In this document: in pieces, positions 36,370 to 49,699 of the stretch
Layout of the letters: the number at the start of each line of letters is the position of its first letter
How positions within the stretch are numbered: position 1 is the first letter of the stretch
Source of the DNA: Chara braunii
Taxonomy: Eukaryota > Plantae > Charophyceae
DNA: 64,000 nucleotides
Direction: 5' to 3'
Assembly: GCA_003427395.1 (NCBI GenBank)
Contig: BFEA01000007.1
Location: 6,407,841 to 6,471,840 of the forward strand
The notes under the pieces: model-generated
Database searches by the model: none
The model's input: only the letters and a program-made list of their open reading frames with translations
What the model was told of the DNA's origin: nothing
Position numbers and translations under genes: made by a program

Positions 36370-38050
36370 TATTTTATTTTTTTCTTTGGTAACTTTTTTT
36401 TTATAGGTCCTTCACTCTCACGCCATATACCTGTTTCACCCAAGATTAGTGAACTTTGCATTGCTTTCTTCTTTGGTCCTCTCCCATTATCAACCCCCCA
36501 CCCCTTTCGCCAAAGATTAGTGCTATTTGTTTCTCTTTTTTCTTTGGTAATTTTTTTCTTTTTAGGTCCTCCTCCACTCTCACCCCATATGCTCATTTTG
36601 CAGATGATTAGTGAAATTTGTTTTGCATTCTTTTTTAGTCCTCTCCCACTCTCACCCCATACCTTACTTTTGTCGAAACGTAGTGCTATTTATTTTTCTT
36701 TTTTTCTTTGGTAACTTAGTTTTTTTTAGATCCTCCTCCACTCACACCCAATATACTCATTTCGTCGAAGATTAATGCTATTTGTTTCCCTTCTTTTCTT
36801 TGGTCCTCTCCCACTGTCATCCATACCCTCCTTTCGCCGAAGATTAGTGCTATTTGTTTTCGGTTATTTCTTTGGTTCCTTAGTTTTTTTTTTTTTGGCT
36901 CGCCTGCTCTTATCCTATACCCCTTTTTCATTGAAGACTATACTATTTGTTTTCTTTTTCTTCTTTGGTAAGTTTTTTTTTTTTTTTTTTTTCCGTACAA
37001 CCTCTTCAGACCCCCTCAATTTCATCAAAGTTTACTGCTAATTGTTTTCCTTTTTTTTCTTTGTTAAGTTAACGTTTTTTAGGTTCTCCTCCACTCTCAC
37101 TGTATACCCCGCTTTCGTCGAAGATTAGTGTTATTTGTTTTCCTTTTTTTCTTCGGTTAATTTTTTTTTTCCAGGTCCTCCTCCACTCTCACCCCATATA
37201 CCCGTTTCATTGAAGATTGGTGAACTTTGTATTGCTTTCTTCCTTGATGCTCTCCCACTGTCACCCTCCCCTTTCGCTGAAGATTAATGCTATTTTTTTT
37301 TTTTTTTTCCTTGGTAACTTTTTTTTTTAAGGTCGTCTAATACTAATTTCGTCGAAGATTAATGCTATTTGTTTTCCTTTTTTTTCTTTGGTAACTTAGG
37401 TTTTTTAAAATCCTCCTCTACTCTCACTCCGTACCCCCTGTCACTGAAGATTAATGTTATTTGTTTTCCTTTTTTTCTTTGGTCCTCTCCCACTCTAACG
37501 CCCCCCCGGCCCCCCCCTTTCGCTGAAGATTAGTGCTATTTGTTTTTCTTTTTTTCTTTATTATATATATTTTTTAATCTTACAACTTTGCTCCATCTCC
37601 CCCATTCGTCGAAGTTTGCTACTATTTGTTTTCGTTTTCTTCTTTGGTAACTTAGTCCTCCTCCACCCTCACCCCATCCCCCTATTTCCCCGAAGTTTAC
37701 TGCTATTTATTTTCCTTTTCTTCTTTGGTAACTTAGTTTTTTTTTTCAATCCCCCTGACCTTACCCCATACCTTTCTTTCGACGAAGATTACAACTATTT
37801 GTTTTCGTTTTCTTCTTTGGTAACTTTTTTTTTTGAATCCTCCCGACCTCCCCCCATCCTTTACTTTCGACGAAGGTTGCTGCTATTTGTTTTTCTTTTC
37901 TTTGGTAACTTAGTTTTTTCTTCAATCCTCCCAATCTTAACCCGTCCCCCGCTTTCGACGAAGATTACTGCTATTTGTTTTCTTTTTTTTCTTTGGTGAC
38001 TTAGTCTTTTTTTTTGTCTCCCTTTTTCCTCACCCCATCCTCTTTTCTTT
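36370..38050. repeat. Pyrimidine-rich tandem repeat with 70-93-bp units, about 19 copies
   Basis: TTTCG.CGAAGATTAGTGCTATTTGTTTT...CTTTGGT anchor recurs throughout. Confidence 0.92.
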
Positions 38051-38083
38051 CTTTGTGGCTCATCTGTAATCATTGAAGCAACA

Positions 38084-38250
38084 CATACAGACAGATAAAC
38101 TGACAGACACACACAAACCCATAGTCAGACAGCCAGACAGCCAGGCAGACAGACATGCAAGTGAGTTACGGAAGCCTGACAGGCAGGCAGGCCACGCTGG
38201 TAGACAGGCCGGGCATGCCGACAGGTTGACAATCAAGCAACTAGGCAAGC
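38084..38250. repeat. Degenerate (CAGR)n tetranucleotide repeat
   Basis: CAGACAGACAGCCAGGCAGACAG... visible. Confidence 0.75.
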
Positions 38251-38728
38251 TGGCAAACTCCTACGTAACTGGGCACGTTGTCTCCCTTTATACTACTATT
38301 TATCATGGTGCTAATACTGAAGGTTACCTGGCGAATGTATGCATACAAGCTGTCATTGTGACCTGTTGCAGTCATGATGAGGGTGTTGTTGGGGGGAACA
38401 TGATAACTTTCATGTCTTCCTCGTTTTCTGGCCCTGTACCTCTGTCCCCGGGATATTTTGGAGGGCTACTAGGGTCCGGCCTTGCTTATGTGATGTTTGT
38501 GCTTTGCTAGCCTAAATGTGGTCAGTCTTATAACGAGGTTCATACCCCTTAACTACGAACTTGACACCATTTGTTGCCCCGACTCTAAGGCTCAAGGTCT
38601 AGTTCATAACCCTAAAAAAATCAGGGAGGAAACGATGCTCATTTGTTTTTTTTGGTTATTGCTTGGAGACCCGTGAAGGCACACAACACCTTTAGAACAT
38701 TCAAGAAAACGAAAAACGTTCTCTTCGG

Positions 38729-38776
<48 letters not shown>
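38729..38776 (+). repeat. 48-nt poly(A) tract (possible retroposon tail)
   Basis: Directly visible. Confidence 0.85.
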
Positions 38777-38778
<2 letters not shown>

Positions 38779-38816
38779 TAGAGAGAGAGAGAGAGACAGA
38801 CAGAGGGAGAGAGATA

Positions 38817-41800
38817 CATGAAAGGAAGAAAATGGTCAACAATTTTTAAGACAGGGTAGTGAGTCAGAACATGCTTTAACTTTCTAAACGAGGACTCACA
38901 ATCTTTGTCCTACAACCAAGACTTTTCCTTTTTCAATGATTTTCTCATAGGAGCAGCTATTAAGGAGAAGTTTCTGACGAACTTCCTATAGTAGCTAGCA
39001 AGCCCTAGGCAAGATCTTAGTTCAATTATAGTCTTAAGTTGTGGTCAATCTCTGATTGTTGTAATATTTTTTTCTATATGCCCTAAGTACAAGACTTCAG
39101 ACTTAGCAAACTCAGACTTCTTCGGATTCAGTTTGAAGTCGCCCTCGTGCAACTTCGGCAAGACCATTCGTATGTGTTTCTCATGATCTTCTAATGTCTT
39201 ACTATACACCAGAATGTTGTCGAGGTAGACTACTACGAACCGATCAAGCCATTGACGGGACAATTCGTTCATTGACCTTTGAAAGGTTGTCGACACTTTG
39301 GTCAAACCGAAAGGCATAACTACAAACTTGTAGTGACCATACCTGGTTCGAAATGTCGTCTTGTGTTGATTCTAAGGAGCCATCTCGATTTGGTGGTACC
39401 CTGAAATCAATCTTGCTAAAGTATCTGCATCCCTGCAACTAATCCAATAGATCGTACATGAGCGGAAGAGGCTCCACGTTTTTGACAGTGATGAAGTTCA
39501 GCCCACGATAATCTATACAAAGACGTAGTTCACCTTCCTTTTTGGGCACAAACAAGACAGGTGCACCATAAGGAGATGAACTAGGGCAAATCCATCCTTT
39601 GTGAGTAAGTTTTTGCAGCTGCTTACGCAATTCCTCAAGTTCCCTAGGAGACATTCGGTAGATGAGACCCTTCATAATCTTGCTTCCGGGAATAATCTCG
39701 ATCGTGTGCTTAATAGCACGCTCAGTGATTCTCGTCGTCACAGTCTCCAAGTCCTTGTACTCATCGAGAAGTTTTTAAATAGAAGGTGGATAAGATGAGG
39801 AACACTCACCAACTCGCTTGACAAGCACCATCATCACCTCCTGATCCAACTTCTTCCTTACTACTATCGAACGAGAGGGTGGATAACTCATACAACAAAA
39901 AAACAAAACGAAGTCAGAGCCAGACCTGTGATGCAATTTATTCGTACGTAGTTCGGACTTCTCGTCCTTGAGTTTGACAATTTTATCTTTGAACCTTACC
40001 TTTGGGTCGGCTTCCTCGTGCCAATCCATTCCCATAATCATATTAAACGGTAGATTATTTTCTATTAGGAAGGATATCTCATGTAGGATCTTCTTTCCTT
40101 CCTTAGTTCTGAAATGACACTTAACACGATCGACGTATTGAGAGACTTTGATCGTGCTCTTGCCAGCCAGTATAGACGTGATAGGTCGAGGTATGTCTTT
40201 TACCTTCATTCTCATATGCAGTTTGCGAATTGCCTTCTCTAAAATATACGACCTCGTCGATCCTGGATCTAACAATGCACTAACTCGCGTGTGCGCAATC
40301 TCAATTTCTGCGATCATCAACTCATGGTTAAACTTAACTTTCTTCACCCACGAACTCAGTAGTGCTATCAGCTCATTGTTGAGCTCGTCAAGAGAATCGT
40401 CCAGTGAGAGAGAGACGGTTAACGGAGATCTCAATTTTCAGACCACTTGTCAGACCATTTATAACAAAACCCAAGGGTCATTTTAACCAAACTTGCCACC
40501 AATTCATAGAGTGGAGATCATACTAACCACTTTAAGAAACAAAATTGAAAAAAAACTTTAAAAAGCTATAAATAAGCAAGGCAAAAGTGTGTTTTCATGC
40601 AAAATTCACCCATTTCAGTTTTCAGGATTTTTCAGGGCTAGCTAAAACAGTCAACTCCAAGACCCCAACAAACACCAAACTTGGCACACACAGACCTTGA
40701 CCAAAAATAAAACAGGGCAAAAACAAACAAACAAAAAAAACTAAAAAAAATGATCTCCAATGCACTTTTCAGGGTTGAGGGGGACCAGGGCTGAAAAGTG
40801 GGGGTCCCTGTTAACCGCTTGTGCAGTGAGACAAAACAGAGTCCAGTGTCAGGGTGTTCTGGATGACGGACGGAAGAAGAGTCATTCTCTACCTTAAGAG
40901 CCGAAATGTTAGAAGGGGTTGTAGGCGCCTTACCTTTGTCTTTATCCAAACCCTTCGACTCAGTTTGCGCAGGTGTTACTCCTACTGGCTGCGCGCTTTT
41001 GGGTTTCTAATAAGTGGGCACCAGGCTATCACATGACCCACGACGCCACACTTGAGGCATTGGCGATTGTCCATCTTGGACTGCCACTTCTCACGTGTCA
41101 TGTTCATTTTCTCCCATGGTTTTCAGAACGCTATGCCGAGACGCTTAGGGAACGAGTGTGGCCTCCTCTTGTTCTTCCACTGACTCTGACCTCCCTTGTT
41201 GGCCATTACAGCAGTGACATCACCCTTCCTAGATTCACTGGCGTCATCATCTCCTCCTCCCTCAAACTCGTCGAGGGGTAACCTCTCCACGGTGTCGTCG
41301 TTGAAAACTACGAGCATATGGTCCTAGCGCTTTTGCCGCCAAAGGACCCGCTTACCGTACCCACCAACTAGTCTCGACTTAACCATAGATGTATACGTCT
41401 CTTTTACCTGCGCAGTCATTTGCTCCCTTTGAAGCGTGAGGTTGAGGAACTGTCGGTAGTTATACTTACAGGATTTGGCCTCAGCCACAAGATGTCCTTG
41501 AATGGGTTCTGGCAGAGCTCGCGAGAAGATATAAAGGAGTTTGTTGCCATGCAGGTTCAATCCAAGTACCTGCAGCAACCGATCAACATCACGAGATAGC
41601 GCATTTACAAAGGTCCAATGTTTTTGCCCTATGGTGGTGAGCTCGTCGTCTGATCCAATAATCTCTCTTTGATCTTCTGAAAGAATCCTCAGAGAGTCAG
41701 GGTTTTTGCCCACTCACTGATGTCGTCGGAACCAGCAGCGTTGGCTTTCCGGTTCTACCGATGCAGTCCTACAATATGTCTGGATCTCAGCGATCCAGAG

Positions 41801-42680
41801 CAACAAGTGTTCGCCCCTCTTTCCGTTGTAGGTAAAAGAAAGTTTCATCTTAATTTTTTCTTTTTTCTTTGGTTTCTCTACCTCTTTGACCGGTTCTTCC
41901 TTTTTGGCGGGTTCGACTTTCTTTTCTTCCGGCTTCTCTGATTCCTTCTTGGACGTTCCAGGTTTCTCGGGCGTGACTTTCTTAGTTGCATCTTTCATCA
42001 ACTTGTCCTGGGGTCCTACCTTCTCTTTCCCTTAGCCTCCTTCTCAACTGAAACCTGAGTTTTCTCTTTCACCAATCTTGTTACCGTCTCCAATGCGACG
42101 GTATTTTTATAAATATTTATCTCAAAGTGTGCCAGATAGGCCATCAAGCTATGTGGAACAAATGCAAGGTTAGTGTCAGTTTCTTCAAAGTGAAATTGTT
42201 GTTTAATAAGTTCTACCTTCCTTTCTCGCTGTTCCTTTTCAATTTTTACTTTTTTGTACTCTTCCATATTTCTCTCTTCCTCATTCAACGCTTCTTCCAA
42301 TTGCCTAATGTTTGCCATTATCAGGTCCTTAGTCAGTTATGGCATTTTCACTTTTTTTTTTTTTTTTTCTTTCATTTCCCCTTCTTCTTTCGGTGTGCCA
42401 CCAGCAATCTTTACCAACTCCTCAGCGATATATTGATCAGGGGCAATTCGACCCTCATCAATAGTACGCTGCACTCTTCCGCTGACCTCCATCATCTGCA
42501 CAACCATTTCAACCCCTCTTAGTCCAGTCTCTGCAGCACGCAGATCGAACTGGCTACGTACGTGTTGTTCAACCATGGCTTTAGCGTCGTACAATTCATT
42601 CAAGAGTTGTCGAAGATGGCTCATCATCTGTTGCCGTCTGCTTTCAATCTGGGCACGTATTCGGATTTCACCTTCCTCAT
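38817..42680 (-). mobile_element. Decayed Ty3/gypsy gag-protease-RT, truncated at the start of RNase H
   Basis: Coiled-coil and gag ORFs at 41324-42627; zinc knuckle CLKCGVVGHVIAWC (~41018-41062); protease ALLDPGST; RT motifs at 39045-39750; GLASYYRKFVRNFS (~38970-39005); ends at PVLKIVDHFLPF. Confidence 0.92.
40410..40823. mobile_element. 414-bp non-autonomous DNA transposon (family Y) with 8-bp TSD
   Basis: TSD CAGTGAGA at 40402-40409 and 40824-40831; ends GAGAGACGGTTAAC / GTTAACCGCTTGTG; subterminal imperfect inverted repeat; empty site visible at ~21779-21786. Confidence 0.88.
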
Positions 42681-43134
42681 CAACGAAGAAGGTGACAGGT
42701 AGGAAAAAATGAGGAATGAAGCGAGTCAGAATGAAGAGACGCAGAGAGTTTCAAAGGTAAGATATCTTCATATGTGTTTACCGCACAATAATAATTTCCA
42801 TGGTCACACTGGTCCAAATTTCTACAGCAAGAAAAAAACAAATCAGAAAACGGAATAACCTGCAAATGGCAGGAATGTGAGGCCTTGTAGAGAGATCTGG
42901 GGATTTGCTGAGGGGGGAAGGCAATCCCGTGGCGAACTGGGGGGGGATGCCTTGACAACCTATGGGTCTAGGGATAGTCTAGGTGGCGATAACATGTCAG
43001 CTATGGTTGACGTTGGTTAGGATGGCATTGTCTTTGAGATGTAATGTCCTGGTACAGGGAGGGTTAGGAGTTGTTCCAGGATTAGGAGACCATAATTGCT
43101 GATATAGCATTAGTATTTTATATTTTTTTTATAC

Positions 43135-43381
43135 TCATCATTATCATCTTTAGCATCATCATCATTAGTATGATTATCTCATAGCTTACACAAAAATTCA
43201 TCATCATCATCATCCTCATCCTCATCATCATCATCATCATATGAGGGAAGCTGAGCCCGGTTCTCAGCATGTTCTGTTCAGTCACTCCGGGTAGACTGTA
43301 AGGACCCCAGCCTCAATCTTCTTACTGGTAATATCAGCCTAGGGCACTCGGTCTATTTATTATTAAAAAAAAAAAAAAAAA
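43135..43381 (+). repeat. (ATC)n microsatellite followed by a ~140-bp segment ending in poly(A), probably a truncated non-LTR retroposon 3' end
   Basis: ATC repeats at 43135-43240; A17 at 43365-43381. Confidence 0.55.
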
Positions 43382-43410
43382 TCTTGATCTAACCTCAGTT
43401 GTCTAATCTA

Positions 43411-44270
43411 TGTGTCATGACGTCCTACTGAAATGTAGAGGTACCGCAACCACAACCAGTGTGATGAAGACAACATCACACTTGTAAGTATACACAACAA
43501 CCACATACAATCAACAGTTGAGTAAAACCAACACAACCACACAATCAATGCAGTATCATCTGCAGAAGCAATGCAATCTTCAACAAACAAGTGCGCAGTC
43601 TTTGCATGCCACGTGTCAACCCTTGCATGCCAACGCTGCAGTTCTGCCACGTCAGCATCAAGGACTGAAAAGGTCTACAAGGAGGGATGCCACGTCAGCA
43701 GTGCATGTCTACCACACACTCAACACCGGCATGCCACATCAGCGCATCACCGGCAGGCAATAGCGACACAGGTGCGTGCTACGTCAGACCATGCCCTGTA
43801 TCACACATTCCACAACATGCCACATAAGCAGTGCGCCACATCAGCGGTACCGATCTCTTTCTTAACCAACGCCACGTCAGCCTCCTCCCAACGTCGAGCC
43901 AGCGTCAAAACAACATAGCAAGACTGAATGCTTGACCACCTCGTGGTCAGCCTTAAGTAGCATTTGTCGAGGCTGTCTGGCCTCGGTTGCCTTTCCCACC
44001 GTCGTCCGGATTGACTCACAACCGAGGACCTGGATTGTGTACATTTGCAGACCTCCTCTTGGAACCTTATGTTGTCTGGGTACCTGCATACAAACAAATG
44101 TGTGTGTCTGACCGCTGGGTCCATTTTGATTTTGACTCTTGGGATCTCCGACAGTTGATTTGGTCAACTGTATCTCGTCCAGGCCCTAAATCTTTTAGTG
44201 GGGTCTTTCCCCTATTTGGCCTGAGTCTGCGTGTGGCCTGGCGAGGCCCTTAGTTTCCACGAGGCATACA
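43411..44270. mobile_element. Possible solo LTR
   Basis: TG...CA bounded block with repeated GCCACGTCAGC motifs; no matching TSD found. Confidence 0.3.
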
Positions 44271-44923
44271 ACATCGGTTATTGCACTAGGACGTTTTTCA
44301 GGTCCTAAGCCGCCCCCCAAAAACGGCCCTGTTTTTTTTTGGCCGTTTCAGGGCCTACTGGACGACGCCAGACGCTTCCAACAGCTCCCTCTACTGTTGT
44401 ACTACGCTGGTAGTTCATCGGATGAGGTTTAGTCTGATTCCAAAAATGAAGTGTTGGCTGCAAAGCACCATCGGTTTTCAGTATTACGATTCTCCATTGG
44501 TGTTATATTGGTATTTATTTGCTATAAGTGTCACGAGCCTACCCGCGCTACTTGAGTGTTTTTCCCGATGCAACCCTCAAAGTCACGGCCACAGGTAAGT
44601 ACCGGCCCTGTTGGGCCTCCAAATGAATAAGTACTCTTGCGGGTCACACATACACTTAGGCCGACAAGCACTAAGACATGCACGTAGACCAGCAGGCAGG
44701 ACACACACGGACTTAGAAAACTTAGCAAAATGCGGGACTCTCAGCGAGGCATACATTCCAGCGGCAAAACCCATAAATCAGCAAAGTTCTCAGTCAGTGT
44801 TTTGGCTGGTCATTACAATATATGCTACACCCGATCTTAGTTTCTTAGTCTTTTGGCTATGGTCAAGTGTAGTATAATGTATATATATATATATGCAAGT
44901 AATATGAATGAGAACGATATACA

Positions 44924-46015
44924 TGCAAGGAACCCAACTGTTCATCACTTGCTGGAGTGCATCAGATCACATGCATATACACCGATTTCACAGTTTGCGA
45001 AGTCTCACATAAAACCCAATAAAAGATGAATAAGAACCAGGAAGATCAACTCAAATTTCAAACCCAAAATTAGAGAGACAACATCGTGAGTTCAAAGTGT
45101 ATAGCGCTGAACAGAGATTACAAGTCTTTTTTGATCAACATGAGTTCCAAGCCTCGCGCTCATCAGCGCCAGTTGCCAACAACAACGCACAACAGGTAAG
45201 TGTCACCATAGCTCACACTTCCCCCTCTCTCGTCTGCCTTCTTCTCTCTCTTCCTCTATGTCTATAGTCCTGGTCTGCCCTCACTCATCATGCATGCACA
45301 CTCCCTATCACACGAGGATCTACTCTGGATACTACCCACTGGTGTCTCCTACTGACTATATCTACTAACATACTAACTGCCGCTGGCGCATCTATGGCTT
45401 CCTTCCCTCGAGCCAACACTCTCCCTTCCTTCTCACATAGCGCTTCTCTTCAGCCTAACGCAACTCACACACATCTAGCGCACAAGTGCCACGACACTTC
45501 CACACTCTCATGCGAAGCATCTGTCCAAATGGAGGCTGACCAGTCCTTTATAGTGCTGGACTGACCTGGCATGGCCTGCATTCAGCCTCAAGTGTTTGAG
45601 ACTCCTGCCCAGTACCCGTTGTTGCAAAGTGTGTGTCCAAGTATCTTTTCCCATGGTCTACTGCTGCTTTGGGCCATCGGGCCTGTCTTTTGGACTCCTG
45701 GTCTGAATCAGGACGGACTCGTGGGATTATGACTGGACTGGGACTGTAACCTCTGACTCATTACCGAACAAACATGTTTTTTCATCGAGGAGACATGACC
45801 CTAACTTTGTCTTGAAAATTGTGTCCAATACCTGTTCGTTCAGGACCTATTTGTGTCCTTTCAAATGAGTTTTCACTTCATTATGGGTGCAACATTTACC
45901 TCAGGAACTTTGTCTTTTGAGTTGCTGCTCGTGAATTTAAGTTCTCGTAGACAGGGCCGCTTGCTGTTGCGTGTTGGGGCACCCATTTGGGTTCCGATTC
46001 GTAAAGGTCCTTTTA
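44924..46015 (-). repeat. 3' LTR of the chromovirus
   Basis: Matches 54086-55169. Confidence 0.95.
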
Positions 46016-47698
46016 CTTTAAGCGGCCTAAATTCGAAGTTCTCTGATAAAGTTCTTGCCTATCTACAATATTAATTCCTCTTCTCGCTCTTTTATAAGCA
46101 GATACAATGTAAGGTGTTGATTCAATTAGCTCTTCCCTACTAAGCCATCGATCTTCAGTTGGATCTTGATAGGCACATTTGACTTTATATTGCCGCCGAG
46201 GTCTACCTCTGCGTCCAGTCTGAATAGTACTTTCAGCAACGATCTTATCAACATCAAATTTTTCATCCATACTCGGAGGAATTGCTGACTCCGACCGGGA
46301 AACAGTTCATTAGTTACACACGGTAAAAGCTTTGACGCATGAAACACCGGATACGTATGTAGGTGTAGAGGAATCTCAATAACGTAGGATTATCCGTTCA
46401 TATCTCCTATTACATCCAATACTTTCCATGGTCCTCTGTAGGCGGGTAGCAACTTTTGAGAGATGTTCTCTTCTGGGATAAACTCTTTAGACTTAACCCA
46501 TACCAGATCGCCTACAGTAAACTGAAAAGGTCTTCTATGTTTATTTGCCTGTTCAATCATCTGATGTTGGGCTTTGACTATGTTCTCCTTTACTTTTTCT
46601 AGATCCCCTTGGTATTGCATTGCAAATTCTCGCGTTCCTAATGGAAGTTCATGTACTTGATCGGGGTTCAAACAATCTATAGGTCTATGGGGACGCCATC
46701 CTAGATGCAACATCATCGGAGTTCTACAAGTAGATAAGTGTACAAAGTTATTATAGGCACTAACAACTTTAGGCAAATGCCCATCCCAGTCAATCTGGTC
46801 AGGACGAATGTACATATGAAGTGTTTGCTGTAAAATCTTGTTCATTTGCTCAGTTTGCCCATTCATCTCAGGATGCCGCCCTGATGACATCGTCAATTTA
46901 AAGTCATAAACATTCATCAGTTGCTGCCATTGTTCACTCGTGAACCGCGAGTCTCTGTCACTAACTATAGTTAAGGGATGTTCATAATCTTTCACCCAGT
47001 GATTAAATAATTCCCGAATTACCAAGTCAGTTATAGCTTCCGAAGGTAATGCTACAAAAATAATAAATTTACTAAATTTGTCAACAATCACCATAACTTG
47101 GTTTTTCCTGTTCCTGCTTTTCACCTTTGTGTCCATAAAATCGATCGACACAGAGTCTCCTGGACCTGTTGGAATGGGCAAAGGCTTAAGGATACTGAGG
47201 GGAGGCTGCGTGGTGCTCTTGTTTTGTTGACACACTTCACAACCTTGCACATGTGCGATGCAATCAGGTTTCATTTGAGGCCAGGTGTAGGAACATAGAA
47301 GATCAGCATAGGTCTTCCTCCACCCAAAATGACCTTCTGTATCATGGCACTCCCCCAAGATCACACTTTTAATCTCGTCCACGTATGGAATACAAAGCTT
47401 ATCATGCACGTTTGTTCTTTCAAACAACAGTCCTTGCGTTACCCGATAGTTAGTAAACTCTTGTGGCGCTTCTTGAATACGCTTAAGCATAGCGCCATAG
47501 ATAGGATCAGTGGAATACGCATTTCTAATTTTATCTTGCATGTTGGCGCCTACATCTAAATATATTACAATAACACCGAAAATGTCAGATTTTCGACTTA
47601 AAGCGTTGGCGACAACATTGTATTTCCCCTTTACGGGCTTAAGCTCAAAGTCATATTGATCAATTTCCGCCGCCCACCTTGTGAACTTAGGCGTCATT

Positions 47699-47730
<32 letters not shown>

Positions 47731-49684
47731 GAATAAGTGCTCCAGTCTATTCGTGGGGAGCAGCACGTGTTGGGAACCGGTCCCAGCCACCCATATCGAA
47801 TTATACAGATCATTGAGATTTTTGAGGTCGTTTGAGGTCATGCGTTTTTAGCCAGCGAAGTGTCTCATGATCTGAGTACACTTTGAAGTGGCATCCTAGG
47901 AGATAGTGTCGCCAATGATCCAAGGCTTCCCGGAGAGCAAACAACTCTCTCTCATACGTGGAAACGACGACCTTCTCACTAGGCAATCGTCGGGACATAA
48001 ACTCAGCAAGCCTGTACCCATTCCCATCATCTTGTTGGAGTACAATACCTATCCCGTACTGACTGGCGTCGGTTGTGACCACAAAGGGCAAGGAAGGATC
48101 AACAACTTTCAAGACCGGATAGTTGATTAAACATTTCTTAAGACGCTTAAATGAGGATGTACAATCCTGGTCCCACTTCCAGATTGTCTCTTTCTTCAAG
48201 CGTCTACGAAGGAGAGCAACAATCATCGTGAAGTGTCTAACAAACTTCCGATAATAGTTAGCTAAATCAAGGAACGACCGCATTTCTGTCAGAGTGCGGG
48301 GGTTAAGCCAATCTCGAATAGCTGCAATCTTTGCGTCCTCCGGTTTGATTCCCTCTCCACCTAGCACATGCCCCAGATACAACACTTCACGCTTCACCCA
48401 TTCACACTTTTTGGGGTTTAACTTCAGTTTTGCCTCACGCAATTTATTAAGCACAAGTCGAATGTGCTCGTAATGTTCTTTCAGAGTCTTGCTAAAAATC
48501 AAAATATCATCAAGATGTATTACAACGAATTTGTCAAACCATTCACAAAAATGTTCATTCATTGTTTGTTGGAAGGTTGCAGGTGCATTTGTAAGACCGA
48601 AGGGCAATACCATGAACTCGTAATGCCCATACCTTGTACGAAAAACAGTCTTATGTTGGTCTTCTGACTCTACCTAGATCTGATGATAGCCAAACTTCAA
48701 ATCAATCTCAGTGAAGTACTTGCTTCCCTAAACTCTATCCAATAGATCATCGTTTTTTGGCAATGGCTCAACATTATTAATTGTTATGTCGTTCAATCTT
48801 TTATAGTTTATGCACATGCGGACCCCGTCATCTTTCTTTGATACAAATAGCACTGGCGCACCATAAGCCGAGGAGTTAGGCCTTATCCATCTCTTTTCCA
48901 GCATTTCATCGAGCTAGGTTCACAGTTCATCCAGTTCTTTGGGTGACAGCCTATAAATCGGGCCCTTCGGAATTTGATTTTCGGGTATAATCTCAATGCG
49001 ATGTTTTATGAGTCGCTCTACCACACCGCTTGGGGTCTCTGCTAGATCTGCGAATTCTTTCAGAATTTTCTCAATTTCTGGGGAGTTTGTCTCTCCCCGA
49101 TCTTCACCTTCCTTAACTGGGCGCACATATGCCACAAATACTTGATCATACAGATTGTATTTCTTTACATGGCGGGCGAACGCGGGGGCACTCATGCAAC
49201 AATGAGCTAAGCTGCTTTCCTCACCGGATTCATGGAACAAGTGAATTTTCTTATTTCCACCTTGGGGACTATGGAGCCAACACTCGTGATCCCTTAACTT
49301 TATATCCGCATCCGCAGCTGCACCCCAATCCATGCCTAAAAGAATGTCAAAAGGGAGACTATCTTCCACCAAGAGAGTCAGAGAGTGGAGAACGCGTTTC
49401 ACCTTCCCCTTTGCTTCGAGCTGAAAGTATGTCTGAATCCCTTCAACATATCTATCCATCACAATTTCACTACTATTTGCTAGTTTACTTACCACGGGTT
49501 CATCCAACTGCTTTACCTTTAGTCCGAGATGCAACTTTTGCAAACCTTTCTTACTTATATAGTTGTGAGTTGACCCGCTATCAATCATTACACCTATTCT
49601 TACTTTATTAACTTCGAGATCTGCAATTATTAACCGTCCTTTGCTTTTCTTCATTTCGGTCCAGGCTTTGCGACAAGTGGCCAA
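46013..49684 (-). pseudogene. Chromovirus pol: protease, RT, RNase H, integrase and chromodomain; interrupted
   Basis: VMIDSGST; LPFGLTNAPATFQ, HLDDILIFS; VTTDASQYG, WRHYLLG; HDTEGHFG...CEVC, SIDF, VSDRD, GQTEQMN; AYRGPWKV; FDVDKIVAE...YKVK...DRWLSREEL. Confidence 0.95.
47704..47841 (-). mobile_element. ~138-bp poly(A)-tailed insertion (5'-truncated LINE or SINE) inside RNase H
   Basis: T27 at 47704-47730; splits DHETLRWLKT from MTPKFTRWAAEIDQYDF; no clear TSD. Confidence 0.8.
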
Positions 49685-49699
49685 CTCATCACCTACACC

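Noticed and set aside
27295-38050. Regular repeats as a CRISPR-like array
   Set aside because: Units are contiguous degenerate tandem copies without unique spacers; eukaryotic TE context and no cas genes
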